A stretch of 63,393 bases of DNA, counting the filler, from Octopus bimaculoides (lineage: Eukaryota), in assembly GCF_001194135.2 (NCBI RefSeq). It is 4 parts of 4 records of this genome, joined end to end, with 100 filler letters (N's around TTAATTAATTAA, not from the genome) between each part and the next. Parts side by side here need not be neighbours in the genome. Positions count along the whole stretch, not along the records: positions 55,582 to 63,393 come from NC_069000.1; 3 more parts are not named here. The stretch is one strand, 5' to 3'. The notes beneath the pieces are model-generated. The model did no database searches, was not told the DNA's origin, and saw only the letters and a list, made by a program, of their open reading frames with translations. Both the position numbers and the translations under genes were made by a program. The number at the start of each line of letters is the position of its first letter. The first letter of the stretch is position 1. Positions 62,746-63,393 of the stretch are shown here, piece by piece.

Positions 62746-63393
62746 TACACACACATACACACACGTTATATATTACTCTAAATATCCGAACCAATAATCT
62801 TAAAATATAACAATCAGGACCTACTACTACTACTAAACACCTTCTTCATCCTCCCATTATTAATATATCCAATGTAGATGGCCATGTTTCTCTTGTTCTT
62901 CCTGTTCTCGTTTTAATCTTTTATATTCTTAATTTTCCGTCCATTTGCTAATGGAATATGTTCCGAAAGTCGGTTTACGATTTATTAAATGAAATAAGCT
63001 GGGTGGTCCAACCGAAAAATAAAACGAATAAATAAAAGTCAGTGTTTTATAAATATACATCTTAACCTGCTCCAGCGCCAATATTTCTTTCTCTCTCCCC
63101 CCACCCCCGAATACTTTCTCACCCTTTGCACATCACAACTACAGCCGCCTTTCTCCAAGTCCGTCCGCCTGACTGCATGGCCAACCCACACATCAGCCCC
63201 CACCTCTCTCTCTCTTTCTCTCTGTCCGTCCGTCTATGTCTGCCCATTAACCTAAAGATATCATTTTTGCTCATCGTTTTATTTTATTTTATTTTCAAAC
63301 AGAACACTCTTCAAACATCCTTTAGCCTCTGTCCCCATACCTCATCCATTAAGTGAAGAACTATCATCCAATATAAGATGGATTACTGTTCAT

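Overview
Eukaryotic, AT-rich, microsatellite- and TE-dense scaffold with many N gaps. The SINE repertoire and overall style suggest an octopus/coleoid cephalopod draft genome (inference, not verified). Two host genes are supported, both on the minus strand. (1) The last seven coding exons of a long-chain acyl-CoA synthetase (ACSL1/5/6-like, 54691->45735) splice into one open frame but carry unusual changes in the FACS signature (HTQD for HTGD). The next upstream exon was not found in 54692-63393. (2) Two near-identical 144-nt phase-2 leucine-rich-repeat exons (20126->19983 and 17218->17075) lie in a ~2.9-kb-spaced intragenic duplication. The rest is decayed TEs: Penelope-like elements (PLE), R4/Dong, RTE and CR1 LINEs, mariner/maT, hAT, a Chapaev3-like transposon, several tRNA-SINE families, plus long foldbacks. 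The most striking signal is a set of minimal hammerhead-ribozyme (HHR) motifs, all with an extra A after the CUGANGA box. These include a tRNA-Ser-headed SINE with an HHR near its 3' end, a 5' hairpin and a 13-bp TSD (59084-59325), and a 423-bp foldback with two back-to-back HHRs in an ACSL intron (49791-50213). All calls are from manual reading; no searches or folding programs were run.
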